From Roseburia sp. AF12-17LB (GTDB taxonomy: Bacteria > Bacillota_I > Bacilli_A > RF39 > UBA660), in assembly GCA_963607615.1 (NCBI GenBank), contig CAVDCT010000010.1, positions 133-64,132 on the forward strand: 64,000 nt of DNA. The letters run 5' to 3'. This document shows positions 1 to 10,199 of this stretch, in pieces; the first letter of the stretch is position 1; every line of letters begins with the position of its first letter. Made by a program: the position numbers and the translations under genes. The notes beneath the pieces are model-generated. The model saw nothing but the letters and a program-made list of their open reading frames with translations. It searched no databases and had not been told where the DNA came from.

Positions 1-1288
1 AATCTTTATATATAGCTTTTGCTTTATCATATTCATATGCTAATTCACATAATAATGTTAAATTCAATATAGTAGATAATAATAAGTACCATTTTATTTC
101 ATTTTTTTCATTTACCAAAGTACCAAAGAATTTATCATCTGGTGATGTAGAAACTTTTTGTGAAATAATATCTTCAATACTATCCTTTGGTAAATAATTA
201 CTAGCTAATTCACTATCTAAAGGAATAAATAAATAATTAAGTAAGTTACAAAGGTTTTCTTGACTGGGATAATTTTTATAATTACTCACTATACTACTAT
301 ATTCATCCATAATATCTAATTGTGTCAAATCTACATAATAATAATTATCTTGAAATTTAACTAAATTCCAAGCATGTTCTGATCCATTTAGGGTACCTGT
401 TATACTATATATTTCAATGTTGTTTTGAATACAAAAAGCTAATAAAAGTGCTGAGTAATTAGCACATATACCAGGAGCTGACACAGAATTACGATTTCCT
501 GCTACTGCCGTTAAGCATTTTTTATTATATTCTTTTACTAACTTATATTCTTTATTAAATTTACTGATTCTAGAATTCTTTTCTAATACCTCTCTTATGT
601 TAGGATCATAATAAAGATAATCAGTAACATAATTACAAATATCTATAAACTTTATTAATTCATTTTGATTTTTATCTAAATTATTATTAGAAACCATATC
701 TATTAATTGATCATATAAAAAATCATAATTATTACCGTTTACATTTGCTATATTTAAATATTTTTTAAATATTATGCCATCTAACTCATCTTGTAAAAGA
801 TTATTCATAAAGCTAATCTTTTTAATATTTTCCGGATGTGATAATCTTGAAAAATCTGTGCTTTCATTCATATGCCCTAAAACATAATTTCTATCAAAAA
901 AGAAATAATATTCTTTAATATTGGTTTCATTTAATTCATCTATATGTAAATCTGTTAATAATTCTGCGTTTCTTATTTCCAATTTTTTTAAATTGGGACA
1001 ATATTCTAAAAATTCTAGGTCGCGTACTTCTGACATATCAATACTTAAAACACTCATTTTATTAAACTTATCAACTCTAATATTTTCATAATCCTTGCGT
1101 GCTAATGGTTCTATTAAATCATCATCTATATCATAAAATAAAGTATAATAATCGTTTTTTAAAGTATCATTTAATGTTTTAAAGCCTATTCTTACACCAG
1201 TCATTATATAAGTACAACATACTATGCTACCTACTAATTTTAAATAATTTCTCTTTTTTTTGAAAAATTTACTTACTCTTAGTTTCAC
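1..1288 (-). CDS. Membrane-anchored transglutaminase-like (Cys-His-Asp papain-fold) protein; its 3' end runs off the window start
   Basis: Absent from the ORF track because it is open at the window edge. Hand translation of the minus strand from GTG at 1288 gives VKLRVSKFFKKKRNYLKLVGSIVCCTYIMTGV.. (N-terminal TM). Further on it gives ..APGICANYSALLLAFCIQNNIEIYSITGTLNGSEHAWNLVKFQDNYYYVDLT, the C..H..D transglutaminase-core pattern. I met no in-frame stop down to position 2. Confidence 0.5.
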   Translation of the reverse strand, partial: MKLRVSKFFKKKRNYLKLVGSIVCCTYIMTGVRIGFKTLNDTLKNDYYTLFYDIDDDLIEPLARKDYENIRVDKFNKMSVLSIDMSEVRDLEFLEYCPNLKKLEIRNAELLTDLHIDELNETNIKEYYFFFDRNYVLGHMNESTDFSRLSHPENIKKISFMNNLLQDELDGIIFKKYLNIANVNGNNYDFLYDQLIDMVSNNNLDKNQNELIKFIDICNYVTDYLYYDPNIREVLEKNSRISKFNKEYKLVKEYNKKCLTAVAGNRNSVSAPGICANYSALLLAFCIQNNIEIYSITGTLNGSEHAWNLVKFQDNYYYVDLTQLDIMDEYSSIVSNYKNYPSQENLCNLLNYLFIPLDSELASNYLPKDSIEDIISQKVSTSPDDKFFGTLVNEKNEIKWYLLLSTILNLTLLCELAYEYDKAKAIYKD

Positions 1289-1400
1289 ACTAATCACCCA
1301 ATTCATTAATTTATATTTGTGTATTCTAACACACTAATTATAACGTGTCAAATTGCCTACTTTTTTGTCAAAATACAATAAAAAGATGCATATGCATCTT

Positions 1401-2870
1401 TTAATAATATAGTGAATTTATTTTACGACTACATTCTTTAACGCTATCTTTATTTAGATAATATACAGAACCTTTAGCATTAGAAAAATTAATATAATCA
1501 GTTTTAATTTGACCAGTTACAGCTTGATTTCTAATAGTCCATTTTTCATCTAATAAACTTTTAATTCCACTAGTCATTGTATTTTTAGGAACATTAGTCT
1601 TATATAATCCATTCATAGAGTTTAATATACTAGTATATCTAGTAATATTAGACGGCTTTTTAGCTGCATTTAATATATCTTCTAAAATAGCTGAAGTGTT
1701 TTCATCTCTCTTAGTAGCTCCCATATAGAAAGCTAATCTTTCACGTGCTACTGTTAATGTTTCTATACCGTTTAAATGTTGACATCCCTTAACAACTTTT
1801 AAATGTTTTCCTTTCGTATCATCATATGTATTTAAAACAAGAGCATGATCTGTTGTATAAGCTTGATCAGAACAATATTCTATTCCACCTAAAGAGTCAA
1901 CTACTTTAACTAAGCCAGGAGACTTAACTGTAAAATAATAATCTATTTTAATTTCAAATTCTTTTTCTAATGCTTTTTTATTAACATTAACCCCATAATA
2001 TCCATTACTACTTAAAGTATTACGTTTTTCTTTTCCGTCTACCTTTACATATGCAAATCTATGAATATTAGTAATTAATATTTCATGCTTTTTAGTATTA
2101 ACTGTAATTATTTTATTCAAATCTGACCTGTATCCAGAGAAATCATATGCTGTTAAATAAATATTGTATGTACTTCCATTAGATTGTTTCTTTTGATTAT
2201 TTTCTTCTTTATTATTGTCACTATTATTGTTAGAATTGTTTTTATCTTCATTATTATCTTCCGAATCTATGTCGTTATCTACCTTAATTTCTAATTCTAT
2301 CTTATAGATAACATTATAATCTTCTCTATTCAATCCATACAATTCTTGTAAAGAATCATATGATAATTCATCTATAAAAAATAGATCATTTTTATATATT
2401 GAAGTTATATCATCTAAAGCAATAAATTTAGCACTCACTTTTTCTTTTAATTTACTAATAGCTTCATCATTATATAAAGAACCTGTATAATAATAAATAT
2501 CTTTATTATTAATATCATCTATTTTATAATCCTTTTTACTTAATAACAGATAATTTACTTTAATAGATTCTTCTTCATTATTAGAAAATGTATTATCTAT
2601 AAACTTATTAGTCTCATTAACATACGTAATACCTATAACACTTATAATAGATATTAATAAATATATCAATACTGTTATTATCTTTAACCATTTATTTCTA
2701 ACAAATAAACATATATTAGCTATTATATTAAGTATAACAAGTATTAGTATAAATATTAATAAATATTTATTAGGAATTATATTAATACTATATACTTTAT
2801 ATGTCATTAAAGAAGACATAATTACAAAGATTAAACTAATTATTAGTTTAACAATTTTCGATTTATTCAT
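1401..2870 (-). CDS. LytR-CpsA-Psr (LCP) family cell-wall polymer phosphotransferase
   Basis: N-terminal TM helices, then an LCP-core-like block RSDLNKIITVNTKKHEILITNIHRFAYVKV..IDYYFTVKSPGLVKVVDSLGGIEY. The likely true start is MNKSKIVKL (2870), behind the RBS AGGGGTGA, not the track start at 2894. Confidence 0.7.
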   Translation of the reverse strand: MNKSKIVKLIISLIFVIMSSLMTYKVYSINIIPNKYLLIFILILVILNIIANICLFVRNKWLKIITVLIYLLISIISVIGITYVNETNKFIDNTFSNNEEESIKVNYLLLSKKDYKIDDINNKDIYYYTGSLYNDEAISKLKEKVSAKFIALDDITSIYKNDLFFIDELSYDSLQELYGLNREDYNVIYKIELEIKVDNDIDSEDNNEDKNNSNNNSDNNKEENNQKKQSNGSTYNIYLTAYDFSGYRSDLNKIITVNTKKHEILITNIHRFAYVKVDGKEKRNTLSSNGYYGVNVNKKALEKEFEIKIDYYFTVKSPGLVKVVDSLGGIEYCSDQAYTTDHALVLNTYDDTKGKHLKVVKGCQHLNGIETLTVARERLAFYMGATKRDENTSAILEDILNAAKKPSNITRYTSILNSMNGLYKTNVPKNTMTSGIKSLLDEKWTIRNQAVTGQIKTDYINFSNAKGSVYYLNKDSVKECSRKINSLYY

Positions 2871-2933
2871 AAAATCACCCCTAAAGCCTAACATATGATA
2901 CCATAAAATATTAAAAATTTAAACTATTATAAT

Positions 2934-4211
2934 TTAATTTTCTAAATCATCAAACATTTTAGCAATCGTAGGACTATTACTAGTTAACTTTTTTATAGTT
3001 AAAGAATCAGCCTTATTGTTAGCCAGTCTTAAATTATCTTCACTTTTAAGCAAGTTTTCTTTAGTCTTTTGTAAGTGATCAATTGTCTTATCAATTTCTT
3101 CAATTGCTTTTTTAAATCTTTCACTAGCTAATCTATAATTTCTACCAAATGCATCTTTAAAACTATTCATATTTTCTTCAAAATGAGAAATATCTATATT
3201 TTGATTTTGAATAGTTTTTAGTTGTCTTTTATAATCTAATGTATTTAGCGATGCATTTCTAAGTAAAGTAATTAAAGGTATAAAAAATTGTGGTCTAATA
3301 ACATACATTTTATTATATTTATATGAAACATCTACAATGCCATTATTATATAATTCATTATCTATTTCTAGTAAAGATACTAATACAGCATATTCACAAT
3401 TTTTATCAGTCCTATCTTTATCTAATTTTTTAAAGAAATCTTCATTACGATGTTTACTAGATGTAGTATCAGCTTCATTTTTCATTTCAAACATAATAGA
3501 AATAATTTCTGTACCATCTGTATCATATTCCCTAAAAATAAAATCTCCTTTAGTACCATCTTTAACATCATTATCTTTTTCAAAATAAACATTACCAAAT
3601 AAAGGACGTAATTTATTAAACTCATTACTACAATGTTGTTCTAAAGATTCTCCAACCATTTTTGTAGATTGTTTAGCTTTAAAATCTTTATAGTAAGCAA
3701 TTTGTTCATCTTTATTTTTTATTTTCTCCTCATAATTATCCTTTAAAGTTTGTTCTTTAAGTAGATACTCTGTTTTCGTACTAGTCAATTTGCCATTTAA
3801 AGCATCTATCTCCTTTTCTTTTTCACCTAAAGCATCTTTAAGTACTAATTTTTGTTCTGCTTCTTTTAATTTTAGTACATTCTTTAACTCACTAATTTCT
3901 AATAACTTTTGATTTAATTCACTACTATATTTTTTCTCTAATTTACTTTCAGTTTCAGACTCACTTAACTTTAATTTATTTCTTAACTCTATAATTTCTA
4001 AATCTTTTTCATTCAATTTTTCAGTTAATTCTTTTTTCAAATTAGCTTCAACTACTTTAATAGAACTATCTTTATCTAATTTATGTTGTTCATCTCTAAG
4101 TTTCAATTCTTTATCAAATTCTTTATCTCTAATTTGTTTAACTATTGATTCATAATCACTTTCATCAATTTGAAAAACAGTTCCACAATTTGGACATTTT
4201 ATTTCATTCAT
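2934..4211 (-). CDS. DUF2130-type protein (N-terminal zinc ribbon, long coiled coil, conserved C-terminal domain)
   Basis: MNEIKCPNCGTVFQIDESDYESIVKQIRDKEF.. followed by ~150 aa of heptad-like E/K/L-rich sequence. This is the typical DUF2130 architecture. Confidence 0.6.
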   Translation of the reverse strand: MNEIKCPNCGTVFQIDESDYESIVKQIRDKEFDKELKLRDEQHKLDKDSSIKVVEANLKKELTEKLNEKDLEIIELRNKLKLSESETESKLEKKYSSELNQKLLEISELKNVLKLKEAEQKLVLKDALGEKEKEIDALNGKLTSTKTEYLLKEQTLKDNYEEKIKNKDEQIAYYKDFKAKQSTKMVGESLEQHCSNEFNKLRPLFGNVYFEKDNDVKDGTKGDFIFREYDTDGTEIISIMFEMKNEADTTSSKHRNEDFFKKLDKDRTDKNCEYAVLVSLLEIDNELYNNGIVDVSYKYNKMYVIRPQFFIPLITLLRNASLNTLDYKRQLKTIQNQNIDISHFEENMNSFKDAFGRNYRLASERFKKAIEEIDKTIDHLQKTKENLLKSEDNLRLANNKADSLTIKKLTSNSPTIAKMFDDLEN

Positions 4212-4641
4212 ATTATCCCTCCGTTCTCATTAGTTACATTACTCATATACGATATAAAAACAGCTTTTTTCTTTATTAATACCACTAACCAACTAACATA
4301 ATTCTATTATAACACTCTTAAATATATTTCTAACCATTTATAACAAAAAATATATAAATTATCATTTATTATATCAAAATAAAAATTCAGTTAGTATATT
4401 TTATAAATATATAAAAACTGAATTAAAAGAATTAATACTAAATAATATTAAATATAAAATGAATTATTCTAACATATATATTTTGAATAAAATTATTACT
4501 ATAAGTACTATTTAAGAAATCATAAGTATTAATATTAGAAATCTCATTAATATCATTTTTCTTAATAATTATAGAATATTCTTTTTCTGTTAATTCTTGC
4601 TTCCTAGTTTGAATGGTAAAATATGTTTAAAAAGTCGTAAA

Positions 4642-5511
4642 CTATTTATTTTCTATCAATTTATCATTCTTTTTATCTAGTTTCTCTATACCAACAATAT
4701 TTTTATCATTTACTAATATTGACAATTCCTTTCTTGCTGTTTGATTTAATTTTTCTAATCTTATTTTTTGTTCAATATTATTATCAATCATACTAGCATT
4801 TAAAACTTCAAGATTACTTAAAACTACTAAATGTAGTATATCTGTATAATCTCTTATATTACCCTCTAGGTTAGGATTTTTATCTTTCCATTCTTTTGCT
4901 GTCATTCCAAATAAAGCAACATTTATAACATCCGCTTCATTGGCATATACATATTGTCTTTGGTTATCTGTTATTTTAGGAATTATATTTTCTTTTATAC
5001 TATCAGTATGAATTCTATAATTTGTTTTAGATAGGCTTCTTCTAACAGACCATTCAATTTTTTCTTGATAACCTTCATTATATTTTAATCTTTCAAATTC
5101 TTGTATTAAATATAGCTTAAATGCAGTATCAATCCAAGAAGCAAATTCCAGGGCAATATCTGGATGAGCAAAAGTTCCTCCATTATACTTTCCCCTTTTA
5201 CTAATAAAACCCTTAGAATTTGTCATACTAATCCATCTAGAGGGGCTCATAGTAAACGATTGATTTGCTGAATCATTTTTAAACTCGCGAAATTCCGCTA
5301 GTTTAAAATCTTCATTAAATAATTCCTCCCAAAGACAATAAAAATCAAATGAACTTTTATTACTCATCCATTTTATAATAACATCTCCTGGATTGTCAGG
5401 ATTCTTATATCTTGCTAAATCTGTTAATGAAATATAATCAATATTATTTATCCTAATTACATTAATTAAATTATCTTTAACATTCATTGTTGTTTTAATT
5501 TTATTATTCAT
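4642..5511 (-). CDS. KilA-N domain-containing protein
   Basis: N-terminal ..IRINNIDYISLTDLARYKNPDNPGDVIIKWMSNKSSFDFYCLWEELFN.. and C-terminal ..ANEADVINVALFGMTAKEWKDKNPNLEGNIRDYTDILHLVVLSNLE.. Both blocks are characteristic of KilA-N family proteins of mobile elements. Confidence 0.65.
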   Translation of the reverse strand: MNNKIKTTMNVKDNLINVIRINNIDYISLTDLARYKNPDNPGDVIIKWMSNKSSFDFYCLWEELFNEDFKLAEFREFKNDSANQSFTMSPSRWISMTNSKGFISKRGKYNGGTFAHPDIALEFASWIDTAFKLYLIQEFERLKYNEGYQEKIEWSVRRSLSKTNYRIHTDSIKENIIPKITDNQRQYVYANEADVINVALFGMTAKEWKDKNPNLEGNIRDYTDILHLVVLSNLEVLNASMIDNNIEQKIRLEKLNQTARKELSILVNDKNIVGIEKLDKKNDKLIENK

Positions 5512-5664
5512 ATTCTTGTTCCTTTCTACTTAATTATTGATAACAAAATTATAAAATCATTACATTTTTCATTATTTTTACTATTTTCTAATATAATATG
5601 TCCATTACTTATTTTTCCTTTAAAATAAAGCAAATCCATCCGTTTTATATGATTTGTCATTTGT

Positions 5665-5893
5665 CCTATACTTGTTTCCTAGTTTAGATTGTAAAGTAAG
5701 TTTGTTCTAAAGAAATTACTTGCTTTCTACTATCGCCATTTTGGGCAATTAAATAACAAACGTACCTAGATAATTTGTAATCTTGTTGCTTTCTTATTGC
5801 TCCAGAGCCAATACTAACCATTTTGTTAGTGCTGACAAAATGGTCCTCAATAGCAAATTCACTATTTTATAATTCTCCCTTGTCATTACCATT
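5665..5893 (-). pseudogene. Remnant of a DNA-damage-inducible protein D (DinD)-like gene
   Basis: Hand translation gives NGNDKGEL*NSEFAIEDHFVSTNKMVSIGSGAIRKQQDYKLSRYVCYLIAQNGDSRKQVISLEQTYFTI*TRKQV*. It contains the DinD-like block KMV.IGSGA.R...DY.LSRY.CYLIAQNGD..K......Q.YF..QTRKQ but is broken by several stops, and there is no start codon. Confidence 0.5.
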
Positions 5894-6003
5894 TATTCGA
5901 TTTATCGTTTTATAATAAAAAAACTCCCTAACTATATTATTATAGATAAGGGAATTATTTCCTTTTTAAATTATTAACTTTGAAAGCATAAAAATATATA
6001 ATT

Positions 6004-7026
6004 CTATATATTTTTATATTTATTATATAAAACAGAATTATATTTAATATATTTTTCTTTAGCTAATCTTCCAACTATAAAACTCATACATATTTTATTA
6101 TCATGAGAATATTTTAACATTTTTTGTTCATTTAAATTAAGCTTTATTATTTCATTCCAATCATAATCATTAATCATTGTCTTAATAGCAAACTCATCTG
6201 CCCTTTTCTCTCTATATTCATCGCCATCAATTATAGTCTTACTTTGAGCCATTACATAATCACTTTTACAATGTCCTAATTCGTGGAACAACTCAAAATA
6301 AAACGAATCTTTAGTACTATAATTTTTAGTTACATAAATAGTTGGTGTTTTTCCCTTTACTCTAAAGCATCCTCTTACTTTAGTACCGGGCAAGGCCTTT
6401 TCACATACAAAGAAAATACCATATTTATTTAAGATATTAATTATATTATTAACATCTATATCTTTCTTATATGATTCTATAATCAAATCATGAATAACTT
6501 CATTAAATTTATTAGAATCATATACGCCTACTTTTTGATTAACAACCAATTTATCACAACGCGCTATCCAAAGAGCTAATTTATTATAATCATTACCTGT
6601 TTTCTTAAATAACGTATAATTCTTTAATTTCTCAAAAGCATCAAAATCTTTCACATTCAAAAAGTTTAATATATCAACACAAGATTGAAAAACACTTGTT
6701 TCATCTTTAAATGAAACCCAATCATTTTTTTTAAGTTCATTAAAACAAAAATCTTTTTTTATTATTTGATTTAATTTATCTTCATTTTCATATTTATCTA
6801 ACAATTCTTTAATCAATATTCGTTTATTTTCAACTGAAATAATAAAACTAGCTGGAATATCAGTTAATCTTTCAATAGTACCAGCCATAATTAGTGTAAT
6901 ATTTTGCTTACCACTTAATATTTCATTCATATGCTTTTGAGTAATACCTAATCTTAAAGCAAATTCTGATTGCGATATATTATTATATTCCAAATAATCC
7001 TTTAAAAAACTACCAAAACCAATCAT
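6004..7026 (-). CDS. Xre-type HTH fused to an ImmA/IrrE (COG2856) zinc metallopeptidase domain
   Basis: N-terminal HTH (NISQSEFALRLGITQKHMNEILSGKQN) and C-terminal HExxH (FELFHELGHC). The likely start is ATG 7026 (MIGFGSF), behind GGGGAGGGA, which overlaps the stop of the upstream ORF. Confidence 0.7.
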   Translation of the reverse strand: MIGFGSFLKDYLEYNNISQSEFALRLGITQKHMNEILSGKQNITLIMAGTIERLTDIPASFIISVENKRILIKELLDKYENEDKLNQIIKKDFCFNELKKNDWVSFKDETSVFQSCVDILNFLNVKDFDAFEKLKNYTLFKKTGNDYNKLALWIARCDKLVVNQKVGVYDSNKFNEVIHDLIIESYKKDIDVNNIINILNKYGIFFVCEKALPGTKVRGCFRVKGKTPTIYVTKNYSTKDSFYFELFHELGHCKSDYVMAQSKTIIDGDEYREKRADEFAIKTMINDYDWNEIIKLNLNEQKMLKYSHDNKICMSFIVGRLAKEKYIKYNSVLYNKYKNI

Positions 7027-7027
7027 A

Positions 7028-7363
7028 TTATCCCTCCCCATAGTGTTTATCATCTATCTCAACAAATTCAATTTCAATTATCTCTTCTAAATTATTATAT
7101 GGATAGTTAGAGCATGGTTTCATATGTAATCGCAATTTACTATTGAGATGAGCAGTATATATCTCTTTTAAGTTAACACCCTTCTTCTCTATACGATATA
7201 TATTATGTAATGGATTTAACATTAATCTCTTCATGTTATCCGATTCAATTATCAATTCTTCTACCTTAGATAACTTTTCCAACTCATTATCCATATGTTT
7301 CTTTTTTAATTTCTTATAATCACTTTTAAATTTACTACTTTTTATTATTATAATCAGAACCAC
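7028..7363 (-). CDS. Small protein, possible RelE/ParE-superfamily toxin (weak call)
   Basis: 111 aa. It has a ..KSSKFKSDYKKLKKK.. N-terminal block like RelE/YafQ-type toxins. It sits directly upstream of, and is translationally coupled to, the HTH-COG2856 gene. The start codon is uncertain (GTG at 7363). Confidence 0.35.
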   Translation of the reverse strand: MVLIIIIKSSKFKSDYKKLKKKHMDNELEKLSKVEELIIESDNMKRLMLNPLHNIYRIEKKGVNLKEIYTAHLNSKLRLHMKPCSNYPYNNLEEIIEIEFVEIDDKHYGEG

Positions 7364-7466
7364 CTCTCAGTTGTTATATGTATATTATAACCTATTACGT
7401 TATAATATTCAATCATTAATGCAAAATATTACAAAAAAAAGAAATGGCTTAACCATTTCTAAAATT

Positions 7467-8633
7467 TTAATCCCTAGCAAATAAATCCCTTGTATAGATT
7501 TTATCAGCTATTTTTTGGGTATTTTCATCAAGTCTATTAACTAATACTACATCCGATAACCTTGAGAATGTGTCAAAATCTCTAATAACTTGGCATTCAT
7601 TAAATGAATCAGTTTTTAATGTTGGTTCAAAAACAACAACTTTTACATTATAAAACTTTAATCTATCTATAATTCCTTGAATTGCTGATGCCCTAAAGTT
7701 ATCAGAATCTGTTTTCATAGTCAATCTATATATACCAACTACTGTAGGATTTTTTCTTAAAATCATTCTTGTTATATGGTCTTTTCTAGTATCATTAGAC
7801 TTAACAATTGCTTCAATTAAATTTTGAGGTACTTTCTTATAGTTAGCTAATAATTGTTTAGTATCCTTTGGTAGGCAATATCCTCCATACCCAAAAGATG
7901 GATTATTATAATGGGCTCCTATTCTTGGATCTAAACATACACCATCAATAATATCCTTAGTATTTAATCCATTTAATTCAGCATATGTATCTAATTCATT
8001 AAAATAAGAAACTCTAAGAGCTAAATAAGTATTAGCAAATAACTTCACAGCTTCTGCTTCAGTAGAATCCATATATTTAATTACTACATCTTCTTTTAAT
8101 GAAGCCTCCTTCAATAAATTAGCGAACTTTTCGGCTCTCTCAGACTTTTCTCCAACAATAATTCTTGAAGGATATAAGTTATCATATAATGCTTTACCTT
8201 CTCTTAAGAATTCTGGTGAAAAGAATATATTATCAATTGCATATTTTTCTTTAACTTCATTAATAAATCCTACAGGGATAGTTGATTTAACTACCATAGT
8301 AGTATTAATACCCATTTCTTTGACTTTAACTATTATATCTTCAACACTTGAAGTATCAAAGAAATTCTTCTCGTCATCATAATTAGTTGGTGTACTAATT
8401 ATAACGTACTCAGCATCTTTAAATGCTTCTTTATAATCTAAGGTTGCTGTTAAATTAAGTTCCTTTTCCTCAAAGTATTTTTCAATATACTCATCTTGAA
8501 TTGGACTCTTTCTATTATTAATCATCTCTACTTTTTCTGGTATTACATCTAATGCATATACCTCATTATTTTGTGCTAGTAATGTAGCTAGAGATAAACC
8601 TACATAACCAGTACCTGCTACAGCTATTTTCAT
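7467..8633 (-). CDS. ugd: UDP-glucose 6-dehydrogenase
   Basis: MKIAVAGTGYVGLS Rossmann N-terminus, the catalytic-region block GYGGYCLPKD, and a length of 388 aa. Confidence 0.9.
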   Translation of the reverse strand: MKIAVAGTGYVGLSLATLLAQNNEVYALDVIPEKVEMINNRKSPIQDEYIEKYFEEKELNLTATLDYKEAFKDAEYVIISTPTNYDDEKNFFDTSSVEDIIVKVKEMGINTTMVVKSTIPVGFINEVKEKYAIDNIFFSPEFLREGKALYDNLYPSRIIVGEKSERAEKFANLLKEASLKEDVVIKYMDSTEAEAVKLFANTYLALRVSYFNELDTYAELNGLNTKDIIDGVCLDPRIGAHYNNPSFGYGGYCLPKDTKQLLANYKKVPQNLIEAIVKSNDTRKDHITRMILRKNPTVVGIYRLTMKTDSDNFRASAIQGIIDRLKFYNVKVVVFEPTLKTDSFNECQVIRDFDTFSRLSDVVLVNRLDENTQKIADKIYTRDLFARD

Positions 8634-8637
8634 AACC

Positions 8638-10185
8638 TTAAACCTTCTTTCTTAATTTTTTATGAACAATTTTCTGAAACAAATTATAATAATATTTAAA
8701 ATTATCACTTTTATGAAAACAAATAATTATAAACAAATTAGAAACCACTAAACATATTATTAAATCCAGTAAAAATTTTATCATGATATTATTTACTAAT
8801 ATAACAGACGATAATAAATAAGTAAGTAATAAGACAATACTAAACATAGCTATATATCCAAGGGTTTCTTTTGTATATGATTTATAATCTTTTTCAAGTA
8901 TTTTCTTGTAAACAAATTTTGGATAACTGTAGCACCATAAACAGACCCCACTAATAATTGTTCCCAAAAATACACCAGGTAAGCCAATTAACTTTAAAAA
9001 TAATATACTTGCAAGAATATTTACAATGGATTCAACAATAGGAACAAATCTATCTTCATAAAAAATGCCTGCAGCTTCTTTAAAGGACGCATAGGTAAAT
9101 CTTGATGTTTTCTGATAAAAATTAAAGGTTAATACTAATAATGTCAATGAAGATAATAAATTACTCTTCCCTATCCATAATATAATAAACGATTTCATTA
9201 ACACAAATATGCAAACACCACAAAATGTCGCTATCCAGAAATTTAGAAATCTTATTTTTTTAAACACCTCAAACTGCTTTTCTTTACTTTCTGTTACTAG
9301 CATATTCCCAATACTTGGTGTTGTTGCCTGTATCATTTGCTTTGCTATCATTTGAACTGAATTAATAATCATATAATAGTTAGAATACAATCCAACATAT
9401 ATTAGACCAAAAAATTTTGAAATTATTATATTATCTGTCCCATTTATTATAAATCCCCCAATTTGATGTAAAAACAATGATTTAATTTTTTTCACAATAT
9501 CTTTTTCTATACTGTTATCCAAAGGTGAAATATCTTTCTCCTGTAAAAAGGGATATTTTATATTCGCAATATAACTAATAACTAAATTTTCTAATACTCT
9601 CATAAATACTTTGATCATTAGGTAGATATAAAAATTTTTTGTCAGTAAAAGAAAAATAATTTGAAAACCATTCATCAAAACTTGATAAAATATATCTGTT
9701 ATATTAATATAATAATTTTCTTGATTGGCATATAATATACTTCTTTTGTATGAAAGAAAATACGAAAAAACAGCATCTAATAAAAATAGAAAATATACAA
9801 TTATAATATTTACATTAACATTAACTTTACCAGTTATATTATCTAAAAAAGGAATAATTAAAAAGCCTAACAATAGAACAATAATACCAATTATATGATA
9901 ACTTTTTTTATAAAATTGCATCAATGATTTTATTGTTTCTTTATCATCTTCAACAATCGGTTTATACAAATTATAGATTATTGCATTACCAATTCCCAAT
10001 TCAACAATACTCAATAAAGAAATAATATTAGTAAACAAACCATTTAATCCATTATATTCATTTCCAAGTGTTTTTATAAACAATGACCTGGCAAAAAAAC
10101 CAATTGAAATAGCTACAATATTTGATATTACTGAAGCAATCATATTTTTAAACGATTTACTTGTTCTTGATTTTTTACTTTTCAT
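8638..10185 (-). CDS. Polysaccharide flippase (Wzx/MOP superfamily)
   Basis: 515 aa with ~12-14 predicted TM segments throughout, located inside the EPS locus. Confidence 0.75.
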   Translation of the reverse strand: MKSKKSRTSKSFKNMIASVISNIVAISIGFFARSLFIKTLGNEYNGLNGLFTNIISLLSIVELGIGNAIIYNLYKPIVEDDKETIKSLMQFYKKSYHIIGIIVLLLGFLIIPFLDNITGKVNVNVNIIIVYFLFLLDAVFSYFLSYKRSILYANQENYYINITDIFYQVLMNGFQIIFLLLTKNFYIYLMIKVFMRVLENLVISYIANIKYPFLQEKDISPLDNSIEKDIVKKIKSLFLHQIGGFIINGTDNIIISKFFGLIYVGLYSNYYMIINSVQMIAKQMIQATTPSIGNMLVTESKEKQFEVFKKIRFLNFWIATFCGVCIFVLMKSFIILWIGKSNLLSSLTLLVLTFNFYQKTSRFTYASFKEAAGIFYEDRFVPIVESIVNILASILFLKLIGLPGVFLGTIISGVCLWCYSYPKFVYKKILEKDYKSYTKETLGYIAMFSIVLLLTYLLSSVILVNNIMIKFLLDLIICLVVSNLFIIICFHKSDNFKYYYNLFQKIVHKKLRKKV

Positions 10186-10199
10186 TTTCTACACTCCAA

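Noticed and set aside
3337-3588. Short ORFs antisense to or nested in long genes (3337-3588, 12196-12396, 12739-12939, 12991-13197, 18526-18723, 24643-24825, 25153-25344, 28587-28889, 29986-30171, 37592-37798, 38460-38684, 40309-40533, 41975-42169, 45590-45772, 56482-56664, 58964-59182, 59591-59836)
   Set aside because: All lie entirely within or against well-supported longer genes. They have low-complexity Ile/Phe/Leu/Ser-rich translations typical of AT-rich antisense frames, and they lack convincing RBSs.
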